A stretch of 63,750 nucleotides of DNA, filler included, from Octopus bimaculoides (Eukaryota), in NCBI RefSeq assembly GCF_001194135.2. It is 8 parts of 7 records of this genome, joined end to end, with 100 filler letters (N's around TTAATTAATTAA, not from the genome) between each part and the next. Parts side by side here need not be neighbours in the genome. Positions count along the whole stretch, not along the records: positions 1 to 18,323 come from NC_068985.1; positions 18,424 to 33,238 come from NC_069001.1; 6 more parts are not named here. The stretch is one strand, 5' to 3'. Below are positions 14,051 to 27,060 of the stretch, one piece after another (the first letter of the stretch is position 1; each line of letters starts with the position of its first letter). Below the pieces are notes generated by a model. The model did no database searches. It saw nothing but the letters and a program-made list of their open reading frames with translations, and was not told where the DNA came from. The position numbers and the translations under genes were made by a program.

Positions 14051-15890
14051 GTGAATCGTAATTATGGACAAAAGTGAGTATATTTCGGTTTGCGAAGAAG
14101 TTTTAAATTACAAAACTTCATATGAAGTATTACCTGTCGATCCAAACCTCAATTACAGAGAGGAACTTGACAAAATAATTTTGGAAATGGAAGAAAACAA
14201 TTTCGTTAATGAGGCTGAATCTAAGATTTTAAGGTCAGAAAGAAGAACACCTGTATTTTACAGTCTCCTTAAAATACACAAAAAGTTCGGAAGATTTCCT
14301 CCAATGCGCCCAATTTTCAGCGGATATGAATGTTGCACGGCCAAAATTTTGGAATGGCTGGATGGCTTTCTACTCCCCGTCGCAAAACGATCAAGTTCCT
14401 ATATTCTGGTTACCTTTGATTTTGTATCTAAAATCAACAACTTTTTTAAACACCGAGGCCGTATCGAGAACTGTTTTTCGGTAACCATGGATGTTTCTTC
14501 CATATATCCCAATATTGACCACAATGAAGGGCAGAAGCATGCATGGATGCCTTCGAAAAGCGGTCAAACAAAACTATTCTATCAAATTTCCTCTGTAGAT
14601 TTTTGAGGTTTGTGTTAGAAAGTAACACAATGAAGTTTAGAAAAAGATTTTACCACCAGGCGAAGGGTTGCGCCATGGGTACCCCCATGGCAGTTAATTT
14701 CGCTAATGTCTTCATGACGAAATTCGATACACAGTTACTGAAGACATTCAAATCCCTTCATAGTCATGAACCAATACTCTGGTTACGGTTCATTGACGAC
14801 GTATTTTTTGTCTGGGAAGGATCACAGGATAGTTTAATGGACTTCTTGCATTTCTATGACTGTTATGCTAGAAACTATGGCTTTAAGTCCAACATAAAAT
14901 TTACGTCTAGTTTTTCAAAAACTAGCGTTGAATTTTTGGACACAAAAGTCAAGTTTTCTGGAGGCAGAATAGGGACAGAGTTATTTTGCAAGGCCACGTC
15001 ATCCCACATTTATCTCCACCGCCGCTCCGATCATCCACATTATCTTATTCGGTCAAATCCGAAATCCTAATTTTTGAGGATAAAACGGATTTGTACTGAC
15101 ATAAGGGATTACTGGAAACATGCAAATGCTTTTGTATGTCATTATGTCAAACGCGGTTACAGTGAGTCACGATTAAAGGAAATAGCTAAGATTAGCAAAG
15201 ATAGTCAAACCTACACGCATAATTTTAGCAAACACAATACAATAGATGACAGAATTCCTTTAGTGATTAGCTAGCACCGACATTTCGCTGGCATTTCAAA
15301 AGTGTTGCATGAAAGTTACCAGCATGTGGCGAAAAAATATCCTCGTTTTAAACAGATATTTCCTCGGCCGCCTATTGTAGCCTTTAGACGGAATAAGAAT
15401 ATAAGAGAATTATTGGCCTCTATATCTGACTCCAAGAAAACGAACATTAGAGTATCTGCACGCTGTACCTTATAGAACAGCCGGAAGAGAGGTAAGCCCT
15501 GTTCATTGTACAACAACATATGTGAAGTGAATTCCGTCAGAAATCATAACAGAAATGTTATGATTTATACAGAAAGTGGAACATTTAAAGATTCCATTTG
15601 GTGTACGCTGCAGAATGCACGAAACACAACTTAATTTATGTTGGTCGTACAACAGAACAATTAAACAAAAGGTTTAATGGGCTCAGATTCGACGTCAGGC
15701 ACAATAACAGTAGTACGACAGAATTTGCTGAGCATTTCGTTTCAAGCAGTTGCAATTTTGAAGAAGACTTGAAAGTGCATATTCTCAGAAAATATTCTGA
15801 ATCTGCTCCACTTTCATTTCTCAGAAAGTATGAGGAGAAATATGTTTTCGGGTTATTAACATCACGCCCTGGGGGAATGAATGGTTGGCA
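14050..15890 (+). mobile_element. Penelope-like retroelement (RT plus GIY-YIG endonuclease), 5'-truncated, frameshifted
   Basis: Motifs IMDKSEY, LKIHK..PPMRPIFS, TMDVSSIYPNID, GCAMGTPMAVNFANVFM, WLRFIDDVFFVW, then VYAAECTKHNLIYVGRT..LNKRF..EFAEHF (GIY-YIG). Spread over four ORFs with stops and frameshifts. A Cys-containing linker before the endonuclease suggests the Neptune group (inference). Confidence 0.9.
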
Positions 15891-15892
15891 CT

Positions 15893-16258
15893 CCGTCGCT
15901 TACGACGTCGAGGGTTCCAGTTGATCCGATCAACGGAACAGCCTGCTAGTGAAATTAACGTGCAAGTGGCTGAGCACTCCACAGACACGTGTACTCTTAA
16001 CAAAGTTCTCAAGGATATTCAGCGTGACACAGTGTGACAAGGCTGACCCTTTGAATTACAGGCACAACAGAAGCAGGAAGTAAGAGAAAGTTGTGGTGAA
16101 AGAATACAGCAGGGTTCACCACCATGCCCTGCCGGAGCCTCGGGGAGCTTTAGGTGTTTTCGCTCAATAAACACTCACAACGCCCGGTCTGGGAATCGAA
16201 ACCGCAATCCTATGACCGCGAGTCCGCTGCCTTAACCACTGGGCCATTGCGCCTCCAC
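15893..16258 (-). mobile_element. tRNA-derived SINE family C
   Basis: Minus head ggaggcgcaatggcccagtggttaaggcagcggactc...ggtttcgattccc with A and B boxes. Near-identical partial copy at 60196-60412, older copies at ~640-1035 and 24058-24440. Confidence 0.85.
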
Positions 16259-16673
16259 GGAGGAATGAATAAGATGACAGAATATCATCAAATTTATACA
16301 AAACTGTTTGATTAAATATTCTTCTTCCTCTCTTTTTCTTTCCTTTTTTCTGTCGTCTTCTTTTTTCTGTTTTTTTTTTCTGTCTTTTTCTTTTCGCCTG
16401 TTATAAAATTGTAACTTAAAAACTGATGATGTCGTCATTCCATCAACGTATGGACGCTGGTTGCTCTCTTTCATACTTTACGTTTAAATTTCTATAATTT
16501 TGAATTTTTGTCACTTCTTTTGAACTTGACAAAGACAGACTTACAAAGACAGACTTACAATGACAGACTTAACTGTTGGAATATCGTTCAACCAATAATA
16601 TATCTTACAATCGAATCGCGCTCTTCGTCTTCACTGTTTACTTTTTGTGAAGAGTTACCTCAATCCTTTTTAA

Positions 16674-16745
<72 letters not shown>

Positions 16746-18688
16746 TTAGACAAAATGCCAACAATTTTGAGGGCGAGACAAATAAATGACATAGTCCTCC
16801 TGGAAACAAATAAATGACGTAGTCCTCCTGATGCAAGAGGACCTTAAACTAGGGTCTATCAGGTAAAGACAACCTTGACAACCAAGGACATGTATCCACT
16901 TCTACACCTAAATCTTGTTCTCCGATATACAGACACATTTTCTAACAATTTTAACTAGTTATCCATCATTTGACAAGTTCACTGGAGAACAGTACTTCCT
17001 TGTTTACCATCGCAATTTTTCTAAACCCACGAGGTTTTGACTGAAGAAGAAAGTGTCTGTATTTAGTACTTTCAGCCTCCTCAACCAAACAATCTCTTTC
17101 CTCATAACCATCAGACAGATGAAACTGTCCACCATAATAAAGGAAGGTGGTGGAGCGATATTTACGATTCTATTCGTCAGAAATACTCGGACATTGGAGG
17201 AGTGCCTGCAGAACAATTTCGTTTGACATTACTTCTAATGCAAGGATTAACCATTTAGATCGATCCTAGCTCTTGACTGGAACTTTATTTTATCAACTTC
17301 TGAAAGATGAACAGTAAAATCGATCTCGGCGGAATTTTGAACGCTGGACATGGGGAACTGAAGCAAAAGCAATATGTCCAGCGCTCTAAATATTCTGCCA
17401 TTTCACTAATATCACGTTGAAAAATTAGCATAAAGTCATAAATTTGAAAGATGGGTATCATTGATTATATCGACCTCAGTTGCTAACGGGTACTTTATTT
17501 TAATGCGTTACAGTATTTGAACTTTGAGCATAAATTGCAACAACTAAACACTACCATAACCTCTGGTCCGGCGCTTTACTGATTCTGACATCCAAGAATT
17601 TGTTGAAGGAGACACTTGGCTGCTATATTTAGTAAGTCGAACGACTACATAGTCTGTTGTTGTTGTTGTTGTTTTTGTTGTTGTTGTTGTTGTTGTTTTC
17701 GTTATTTTTATTATTGCTGTTTTTATTGTTATTGTTGCTGTTGCAACTGATTCTGCTAAATTTTGTCTTTTGATGTTTTATGCTTTATTACATTTTGCCT
17801 CTTGGCTTTGGTATTGGTTTGGGTTTTGGTTATTATTTCCAAAGTATTCATCTAGCTTGACCCATATCCCACAGGGTAACATAGATTAGGCACTCCGCCC
17901 TTCTTATGAAGTGATACTTCAAAAATGGAATAAAAGAAGAAGAAAAATTTAAGGGTGGCGGAGAAAAGACAGCAATAATAAATGTGATACATTGTGAAAC
18001 AGAGGAGATAGAGATAGAGAAAGAATATGATAAACAAGAAGAAAGATTTAGAGCAAACGTCAGAGAGACGGAAAGTGAAAGTGAAAGAGGAAGCTAGATA
18101 TTAAGGTAGAGAGGAAATGGGCGAGTAAGACGGAGAGAATAAAAGGAAGAAGAAGAAGAAGAAGAAAAAGAAGAAGAAGAAGAAGAAGAAGAAGAAGAAG
18201 AAGAAGAAGAAGAAGAAGAAGAAGAAGAAGAGAAAATGAAGAAGAAGAAGCAGAAGAAGAAAAAGAAGAGGAGGAGGAGAAAATGAAAATTCAGAATACT
18301 TGTGGAAAACGATTATATATATANNNNNNNNNNNNNNNNNNNNNNNNNNNNNNNNNNNNNNNNNNNNTTAATTAATTAANNNNNNNNNNNNNNNNNNNNN
18401 NNNNNNNNNNNNNNNNNNNNNNNTACACATATATACATGTGTATACATACACATATATACATGTGTATACATACACATATATACATGTGTATACATACAC
18501 ATATATACATGTGTATACATACACATATATACATGTGTATACATACACGTATATATACATTGTATACATTCACGTATATATACATACACGTATATATACA
18601 TATATACATACACCACGTATATAGTCATATATACATACACGTATACATACACATGTATATATACATATATATGCATATATATACATGC

Positions 18689-18741
<53 letters not shown>

Positions 18742-19924
18742 GGTGTGTGTGTGTGTAATACATGTATACGCTCACGTACGCACAAGGCTCGTTAAATAAT
18801 CAGAATAAGAAATGTGTTGAGTGAACGATCAATCTACATACATCAATTTCTGACACACCCCTTTATTGACTTCCGGTGTCTGACTGGCGAGAGTGCCACC
18901 ACCACCACCATCATCATCATCATAACCACGAGACAAAATGACGTCAAGTAGATTAATTAAAAGAAAAATACGTTCGAGATAGTAGATGCAATGATTAAAT
19001 AAGAATGAAGTTCTTGTTTAATCAAGGATTACTTGTTGACGACACCTAAGCATTATTTGCGACTATTAATGGTTATGCATGCAAAGAAAGACACACTACA
19101 TATAGGTTTGTTTGTTAGTTTTGGACAAACAGACAGACGGATAGGTAGACAGATAGAGATAGACAGACAGACAGACAGAGAAATATAAATAATTCATAGT
19201 GGCCAAAGGCATATATATATATATGAACAACTTGTATGAATCAGGATAAATTAAACAATATGCAAGATAAACTCTTCATTCATTGAAGATTTACTCCACA
19301 TCTAGAGAGAACAGAACAATCACTTGGTTGTAACTGGTACCATTTCCAAATGTGAAGGGGAGAGAATCTCAAGACTCAAGAATTCTCTAAAACTGACATG
19401 CCATTATAGAAAGGACAGTCTGAATGTTTATTGAGAAGTGGACAGCTACAGTCGCAAGTTTCTGCCCCAAGAGGCCATCATCAGCAGAGCAATTGTCCAA
19501 CTTTATTTTCAGCAGATGAAACACACCGAAATATACAGAAAAAAGCAGAAGACGTTTATGGCTAAGGTAATTTACATAAATAATAAGAAAATGTGTTAAA
19601 CGAAGCAACTCAGATTGGCCATGTGTGTGTATATATGTGTGTGTGTGTGTGTGTGTGGTTCAGATGTACAAAAAACAAAAGGGACAAGACATGTTAGAGA
19701 ACAACAAGAAGGTGTATTAGTTTGATGCTTGGGAAGAATGGACAAGTCTTTGATGTTTTGAACCTACGCTCTTCAACAGAAAGGGATGAGAGGGGGAAAA
19801 ATGCAGAGGGATTAATGGTTTAACATGAAATACATCTTGTTGTTTATAACTTTATACACTCCTTGTGGTTTCCTCTTGTGTCGTACTATGTATTCTATGT
19901 TTTGTAGAAAAGAAGCATCAGTTG

Positions 19925-20435
19925 TGGTGTGCAAGAGAGACGATTGCGCTGGTTTGGACATGTGGTGAGAATGAATGAGGATAGCTGCGTGAAAAAGTGC
20001 CACTCCCTAACAGTTGAGGGAACCCGTGGAAGAGGTAGGCCCAGGAAGACCTGGGCTGAGGTGGTGAGGCAAGACCTTCGAACATTGGGCCTCACCGAGG
20101 CGATGACTACTGACCGAGACCTTTGGAAATGTGCTGTGCGTGAGAAGACCCGGCAAGCCAAGTGAGATCGTTGCCAGTGCCCCTGGACTGGCTCTTGTGC
20201 GGGTGGCACATAAAAGACACCATTTCGAGCGTGGCCGTTTTCGTGCGGGTGACACGTAAAAGCACCCACTACACTCTGAGTGGTTGGCGTTAGGAAGTGC
20301 ATCCAGCTGTAGAAACTCTGCCAAATTAGATTGGAGCCTGGTGTTGCCATCCGGTTTCACCAGTCCTCAGTCAAATCGTCCAACCCATGCTAGCATGGAA
20401 AGCGGACGTTAAACGATGATGATGATGATGATGAA
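19925..20435 (+). mobile_element. RTE-clade LINE 3' end
   Basis: QERRLRWFGHVVRMNEDSCVKKC..GTRGRGRPRKTW.EVVRQDL, then a 3' UTR ending ccaacccatgctagcatggaaagcggacgttaaac(gat)n. Confidence 0.9.
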
Positions 20436-20492
20436 TACATTAAGGAACTTTTTTTATGAGTACCACCAGATTAGTTGAATCCATATAGTGTG

Positions 20493-20680
20493 ACACACAC
20501 ACATATTTATAATCAACACACATACACATTTATATAATCAACACACACACACATTTATATAATCAACATACATACATTTATATAATCAATACACACACAT
20601 ATTTATATAATCAACACACACACATATTTATATAATCAACACACACACACATTTATATAATCAACACACATTTATATAAC

Positions 20681-20682
<2 letters not shown>
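20493..20682. repeat. ~23-bp minisatellite, about 7-8 units
   Basis: Unit approximately acacacacacatttatataatca. Confidence 0.85.
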
Positions 20683-20725
<43 letters not shown>

Positions 20726-20933
20726 TATATACAAGTAGAACAGAGAATTATATACATCTTCAAAAATTATTTACTATAGTACTGTTCTCAATAAATTCCA
20801 CTCCACTCAGTATGCTGTAAAAAAATCTAATGAAGTGAACTCAGGATTTATCTATTGAGTGAAGAACCATTTAATTCATTATCATCATTTAACATCTGTT
20901 GTCCAAGCTGGCATGGGTGAGACAAAAAAAAAC

Positions 20934-21040
20934 AAAATATGGAACACTTCACGAATTTGCATGTCATCCTTGTGCAGTAACCAAACTGATCTTTTCTGTA
21001 TCGTTTCAATCTTAGTATATGTACTGCCGAAGCTATGTTC
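20934..21040 (-). pseudogene. U6: U6 snRNA pseudogene (full length)
   Basis: Minus strand reads GCTTCGGCAGTACATATACTAAGATTGAAACGATACAGAAAAGATCAGTTTGGTTACTGCACAAGGATGACATGCAAATTCGTGAAGTGTTCCATATTTT, colinear with U6. The ACAGAGA box reads ACAGAAA and the AGC triad reads AGT, so it is non-functional. Confidence 0.93.
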
Positions 21041-21991
21041 CTTATAATTCAATGTGGTTAGCCAGATGTGGATCATATTAGAGTGCTAATAAAGTACCTG
21101 AACAAATTCCAAAACCTTATTCGTTTACGTTAAATATGTATAACGTAGCATTAGTCAGGGCATCCAGCCATAGAAACCTTGTAAAAACAGAAATTAGAAA
21201 CCAACACAGCCTCAGGCTTGCTGGATCCTGCCAGTTCATCCAATCCGTGCCAGCATGGAATATAGACGTTAAATAATGATATATAGTACAAAATGTACAG
21301 CATGTGTGTGAGGGAAATATAGAAGTACTTGTTGACAGGCAGATAGCAATAGAGATTTAGAGCACAGAGGACAAGTGGAAGTTCCTACAAGAACAACCTG
21401 TTGAGGACTACAAATTTGATTGGTTCAAAAGTACTAGCCAGACCAGAAGTAGCATTGTGGTGAAACAATGAAGGAGACAGAGCCATAGAAGTAGAGACGG
21501 GCTTGGAAAAACTGAAAGAAAGGAAACAGCAGAGAACTATAGCAAGTAGCAAGAAGAGAAACTAGGTAACAGGTGTGAAGCAGAACATGGAATGTTTGCC
21601 AATGTTCTATGACAAGAGGAAGAGCAGTATGAAGTATTCCAGATTGCAAGACAGTCTATCAGAGACAAGATGTAGAGGGACAATGGTGCACTTGCTTTTA
21701 GTGATTCTAAAAGAAAAAGGCACTGAAAGTGCAGCTTTAAAAGGCTATTAACTGTAAAAAATGCATGGGAGAAAAAGGGCCTTCCCAGAATGAACCCAAC
21801 AAAGAGAAACCAACTGTTCTGAGCAAAGTAATTAAGGAGAAGGCTGGGAAAGCCCCCTGGACCATCAAGAGTAACTGCTGAGCTGCTTAAGATATCTGAT
21901 AGTTGCCTTTAAGAACAGCAGATGTAGGTTGTACAAGGTGCCATACATGATGACTGGTGTAACAGCATCATAATCAACTGTTACATGAGCA

Positions 21992-22039
<48 letters not shown>

Positions 22040-23580
22040 GAGGTAATTATACGGGTATCAAATTACTGGACGATATGATGAGAGTCATGAAAAAGATATA
22101 GCTCAATTAATTTGGGAGAGAGTTAGCTGAGATGGAATGCAGTTCAGTTTTGTATCAGGGAAAAGTACTGCTAATGCCATCTTCCAACTGAGACAACTGC
22201 AGGAAAGGTACCTAGATAAGAAGAGTAAGTAACTACACCAGGAAGCCTTCAACTGAGTCCTTCACTCAGTGTTCTGGTGGTTATTGAGGAAGCTAGGAGA
22301 TGAATGGCTTGTGAGTCATACAAGCCACATACAGGGTTGCTGTCAGCAAGGTAGAAATTAACAAATCAGTAATAAATTTAGTGTGCAGGTAAGTGTCTAC
22401 CAGGGCTCAGTACTTAGTCCCCTTGTATTTATCAAAGTCCTGCAGGCCACAACAGAGTAGTTTAAGACTGGATACCTATGGAAACTCCTATCATGGTGAT
22501 TACTTTGTTCTTATCACTGAACCTGTAACAGGATTAGAGAAGATATTCCAGCATGAAAGCAAAATTCAGAATCAAAGGGCCTTGTGGTTAATTAAGTAGA
22601 TGTTAGTCTAAGTAACTACGAAAACTGATGGGAACCTGTTACCATTAGGGAACTGGACTTAAAATATAGAAAGAGTGAGTAGAAATTTGATATGATGAAC
22701 CCAATGTAAATTGTGGAGACACAAGAGGTGCAGTGGAATTATAGAGGGGTTAACAGAGAAAGCAGACTTTGTATGTGACAGATACACAGGAACAATAAAT
22801 ATACAGGAAACTGATGCCCTCAAATGCCCAGGAGGATCCCTAAGGGTAGTAGATAGCTCCTGTTAACTAAGCAAATTAAGTAGCAGTGGTGATGTTCTGA
22901 AAGTACAGTGGCCAGTGTAGCAACTTTGCCAGCAAAAAGTTTCACTCTTAGAGTGAAAGACAGACTGTATGATGCCTGTGTAGCAATTTCTGTGTTACAT
23001 GCTAGTGAAACACAAGCCCTGTAGAGGACCTGTGAAGACTAGAAAGGAATGAGGCAAGTATGCACCACTGGATGTGCAGCATTAGCGTGCATGATCAATA
23101 GAGCACAAATGTACTGAGAGAAAAACTAAGCATAAGAGTAATTCAGATGAAATATGAGGGGGTGCTGAAAAGTTCCTGGCTTTAAGGGTGTTGTGAAAGG
23201 CCCAGTTGGAGACCCATCCTTCTGAGTTCTTTTACAGGGCTCAGAAAAACTGAAGGACTGCTGCAATAGGTGTGTGAATTAAATCATAATTAACTGATTC
23301 TCTTGTATTTTCTTTTACCCAAAGCCAGGAACTTTTCAACACCTGCTTCATATGCAAAGAGAGAAGACTGCAGTGGTTTGAGCATGTGATGTACATGCAT
23401 GAAGAAAGCTGTAAAAAGAAGGGCTGATCACTCACAGTAGATAGATCCTGTGGAAGAAGACCTAGGAAGACTTGGAATGACATGGTGAAGGCAGGACTCA
23501 AGATGCTGAGACTCATGGAAGAGCTATCAGAGATCTAAGATGATTAACAATACACAGAAACTGAGAAGAAGACCTGCCCA
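22040..23580 (+). mobile_element. Degenerate RTE reverse transcriptase region, interrupted by a MITE
   Basis: Broken frames read RGIKLLD, MQF.FV.GKST..AIF.LRQLQE, VSVYQGSVLSPL.F, and near 23360 RRLQWFEHV..M...GRRPRKTW. Confidence 0.75.
23155..23351. mobile_element. Mariner-type MITE (~195 bp) nested in the RTE
   Basis: About 30-bp TIRs: tgagggggtgctgaaaagttcctggcttt and aaagccaggaacttttcaacacctgcttca, TA-flanked. Confidence 0.75.
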
Positions 23581-24603
23581 GCCATACTAAAATATTGTGT
23601 CTAAGGCTCTCAAAGCCTAATGGGTGAGCACACAATCAAGACCCTGTGAAATTGATAACTCCTGCATCTACCTCCCCTCCCCAAACTACCGCTCAAGACT
23701 GAGTCCCTTCCCCAAGCCATTTCCTATTGACATCCATCTTTCACGCTTCATCAACCACCCACTCCCCACTTCTGGTTGGTATTCATTTCCATCTCTCACT
23801 CTTCCCCCAACCCACTACTAATCACCTGATTAACCATCCCTCCATCACTAACATTATTCTGCTACTGTAAAAAAAAAATTTTTTTAAATTAAAGCAGAAC
23901 CTGTTCCTGATATTCTGTACAGTTAACCACAATTCCCTCTCCTCATTGCTAGTCCACTCTTAACATCAACCCTTCATTCTTATCATCCCCGCCGCCATTC
24001 ATTTCCCATCCATGTTCACCATTCATTAACATTCATTCTCTATTTATATCTAACCAGTGAAGGCATGTGGCTTAGTGGTTAGGGTATTTGGCTCATAATC
24101 ATAAGATCATGAGTTCAATACTCAGCAGCAGGTGTGTCCTTGAGCAAGATGTTTTATTTCATGCTGCTCCAGTCCACACAGGTGACAAAAATGAGTTGGA
24201 CCTGTAATTTAGACGGTCATGCTGAATCTCCTCAAGAACTACAATAAGGATCTGGTGTTGCCATCCGGTTTCACCAGTCCTCAGTCAAATCGTCCAACCC
24301 ATGCTAGCATGGAAAGCGGACGTTAAACGATGATGATGATGATGATGATGTGTCTACACAGTGCTCAGCCACTTGCACATTAATTTCCCAAGCTGGCTGT
24401 TCCGTTGATCGGATCAACTGGAATCCTTGTCATAACCGACAGAGTGCCAGAGTATCTGACCACCTCCATCCAATGTTTACATCCATCTCAATCTCCTCCC
24501 TCACTCTTACCTTACTCACCATGATCCCTAACTCTTCTGTAGTCACATTCCCTTCCGATACATCTCTAGGAGAGATTACTATGAGGAAGGGTACATTCTA
24601 GCA

Positions 24604-24746
24604 CAGTGGTTCCCAACTTTTTCACTACCAAGGATCCCTTTTATTTAAACAAGTTTTCCCATGGACCCCAAGGTATTGAAAGGTCTGTCAGCTTAACATG
24701 CTGACAGACCACCAAGGGTCCACAAACCACAAGTTGGGAACCACTG
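24604..24746. mobile_element. hAT (Charlie-like) MITE
   Basis: 15-bp TIRs cagtggttcccaact / agttgggaaccactg. 8-bp TSD ttctagca / atctagca with the TCTAG core typical of Charlie targets. Confidence 0.85.
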
Positions 24747-25202
24747 ATCTAGCATCTTGTCACCACCATATTTACCTCTCCTTGGGTTCCACTCCAGTCT
24801 TCCCCTCTACCCATGTAAAATGCAGGATAGCTACAACAGAAAACCCGTTTCCAATTCCCCCATGATACTTCAACTCCTGAAAACCTCAATTAAAGCAACC
24901 ACCCTACTTCTTCCTCACTCTTTCAATTGAGGAACTCTTCAGTTTTGCAAGTTACAAAGCAACCACTGTAGTGCCTTAGGTACACTTTGCAAAACACATG
25001 GTTAGAGAGGGCTTCCAGACAGAGAAATAATACAAAAACTGGGACACTAAAACAAGATGTTGTCCTCTGAAATGGTGGACCCTGTCAAAATATGCAACCA
25101 AAGTCATTTTGGAAAGCAGATGTAAAAGGATAACTATTACATATATATCACATGTATAGATACATACAAATTGTACATATATAATACTTGTATATATCTA
25201 AT

Positions 25203-25238
<36 letters not shown>

Positions 25239-25284
25239 TACTATTACATATATGTATATATTAAATATAGTTAACTATATACTC

Positions 25285-25442
25285 TCTGAGTGGTTGGCGT
25301 TAGGAAGGGCATCCAGCTGTAGAAACTCTGCCAAATCAGACTGGAGCCTGGTGTTGCCATCCGGTTTCACCAGTCCTCAGTCAAATCGTCCAACCCATGC
25401 TAGCATGGAAAGCGGACGTTAAACGATGATGATGATGATGAT
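25285..25442 (+). mobile_element. RTE-type 3' tail (related copies at ~21140-21280, 24250-24350, 26530-26580)
   Basis: Near-identical to 20275-20435, ending in (gat)n. Confidence 0.85.
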
Positions 25443-26293
25443 GAGTACTGTGCAAAAGTCTTTGGCCACTTTCAACTATTGTAAATTTCTACTAATTGCC
25501 AACTTATAAGTGGATGTTTCTCATTGCATTTTTGTGGGGTAAGAGTCTGATGCTTTGGGGATACATAAAAAGTGATGGTTCAAGAAAGTTGGTTAAAACT
25601 GACGGTAACTTGAAGAGTGCGAAATACATTCAGTTGTTGAAGGACAATTTGATACCAGACTTGGATGAAGGTGAAATTTTTCAGCTCCATGCCATAGATC
25701 ATGTGCAACACAACAGAGTCTGGCTGATGAAGGTGTTACCATGTTGAAAGATTGACCAGCTCAGAGCCCTGACTTAAATATCATCAAACAAATGTGGTCA
25801 GAACTAAAGAGAAGAGTTCATCAGAAGAATCCAGGCAATCTTGAAGAGACATGGGAGCTCAACCACAGAGAATGGCATCTCATAACTGTGAAGATGGTGA
25901 AGGATTTATATGCATCTCTTCCTAGGCATACTGAAGCAATTATTCAAGCTAAGAGAAGCCACATAAAATATTAACAATGTACAGTAACTTCTTGAAATGA
26001 ACATTATGTAATAAATTTTCATTATAGACATTTTTCTGTTTTAAAACACTATCTTTTTTGGTTTATGTAAGGTGACCAAAAACTTTTGTACAGCCATTTT
26101 TGGTGGTCATATTACATATTTCCCTTTCATTCAGAACCCCTACTACAAAATATAATGATTAGGTATGGAAATGATTCTAACAGGGCCACTGTTTCATCTG
26201 TAAAAAACACAATGCAAAACATCCACTTGTAAGTTAGCAATTAGCAGAAATTTACAATAGTTGAAAGTGGCCAAAGACTTTTGCACAGTACTG
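25443..26293 (+). mobile_element. Tc1-like DNA transposon, internally deleted
   Basis: About 60-bp near-identical TIRs (cagtactgtgcaaaagtctttggccactttcaactattgtaaatttct...), TA on the right. Transposase remnant LMLWGYIKSDG..GNLKSAKYIQLLKDNL and PAQSPDLNII.QMWSELKRR. Confidence 0.9.
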
Positions 26294-26320
26294 TACATGT
26301 GTGTGTGCATGTGTGTATAT

Positions 26321-26365
<45 letters not shown>

Positions 26366-26991
26366 TATGATATATATATGTGGATGTGCAATATACATAA
26401 TGTTTAAATGTATGTTGGTGTGACAAGAAGCTTGCTTCCCAACCATATAGTTCCAGGTTCAGTTCCACTATGTGGCACCTTGGGCAAATGTCTTGTGGGT
26501 GGATTTGGTAGACAATGTATGTATGTATATCATCATCATTTAACGTCCGCGTTCCATGCTGGCATGGGTTGGAATGTTTGATAGGAGCTGGCCAGGTAAA
26601 AGACTACACGGGGTATTAAATATATATAAAATACCATACGAAATGGACTATTTATTGATAGTATATCTGCTCCCAGGATGATGTAAAAATAACATGGTTG
26701 AAACTGGAGATAATGTTGGTAATTGAGAAACTATCTTCTATGATATTAAATATACTCTTTTTCAACCCTGTTGTTCAAATACATACCACTGGCCACTCTG
26801 AGTTATTCTTTTTGTCTTTTACTAGTTTCAGTCATTGCACTGTGGCCATACTGGGGCTTCACCTTGAAAATGGGCTCCAGTACTTTTTTTTTTTGACACA
26901 GAACTTATTCTATCAGTCTGCGAGAACACAAACAAACCAACACCAGTTATCATCAAATGGTAGCAGGGATGACAAACACATATATATATAC

Positions 26992-27060
<69 letters not shown>

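Noticed and set aside
17110-17230. IIKEGGGAIFTI resembling the Tc1 TVKHGGG motif
   Set aside because: Too short and degenerate, and no TIRs were found.
18324-18423. TTAATTAATTAA flanked by N runs, recurring at ~18368, 33283, 36276, 44358, 56431, 58055 and 60140
   Set aside because: An identical 12-mer with stops in all six frames, centred in ~100-bp gaps, is a scaffolding linker and not biological sequence.
19895-20360. Minus-strand ORFs of 117 and 151 aa
   Set aside because: They are the antisense of the RTE 3' end.
20934-21040. Functional U6 gene
   Set aside because: The ACAGAGA box and AGC triad are mutated, the internal stem-loop is disrupted, and the copy is fused to a retroelement tail.
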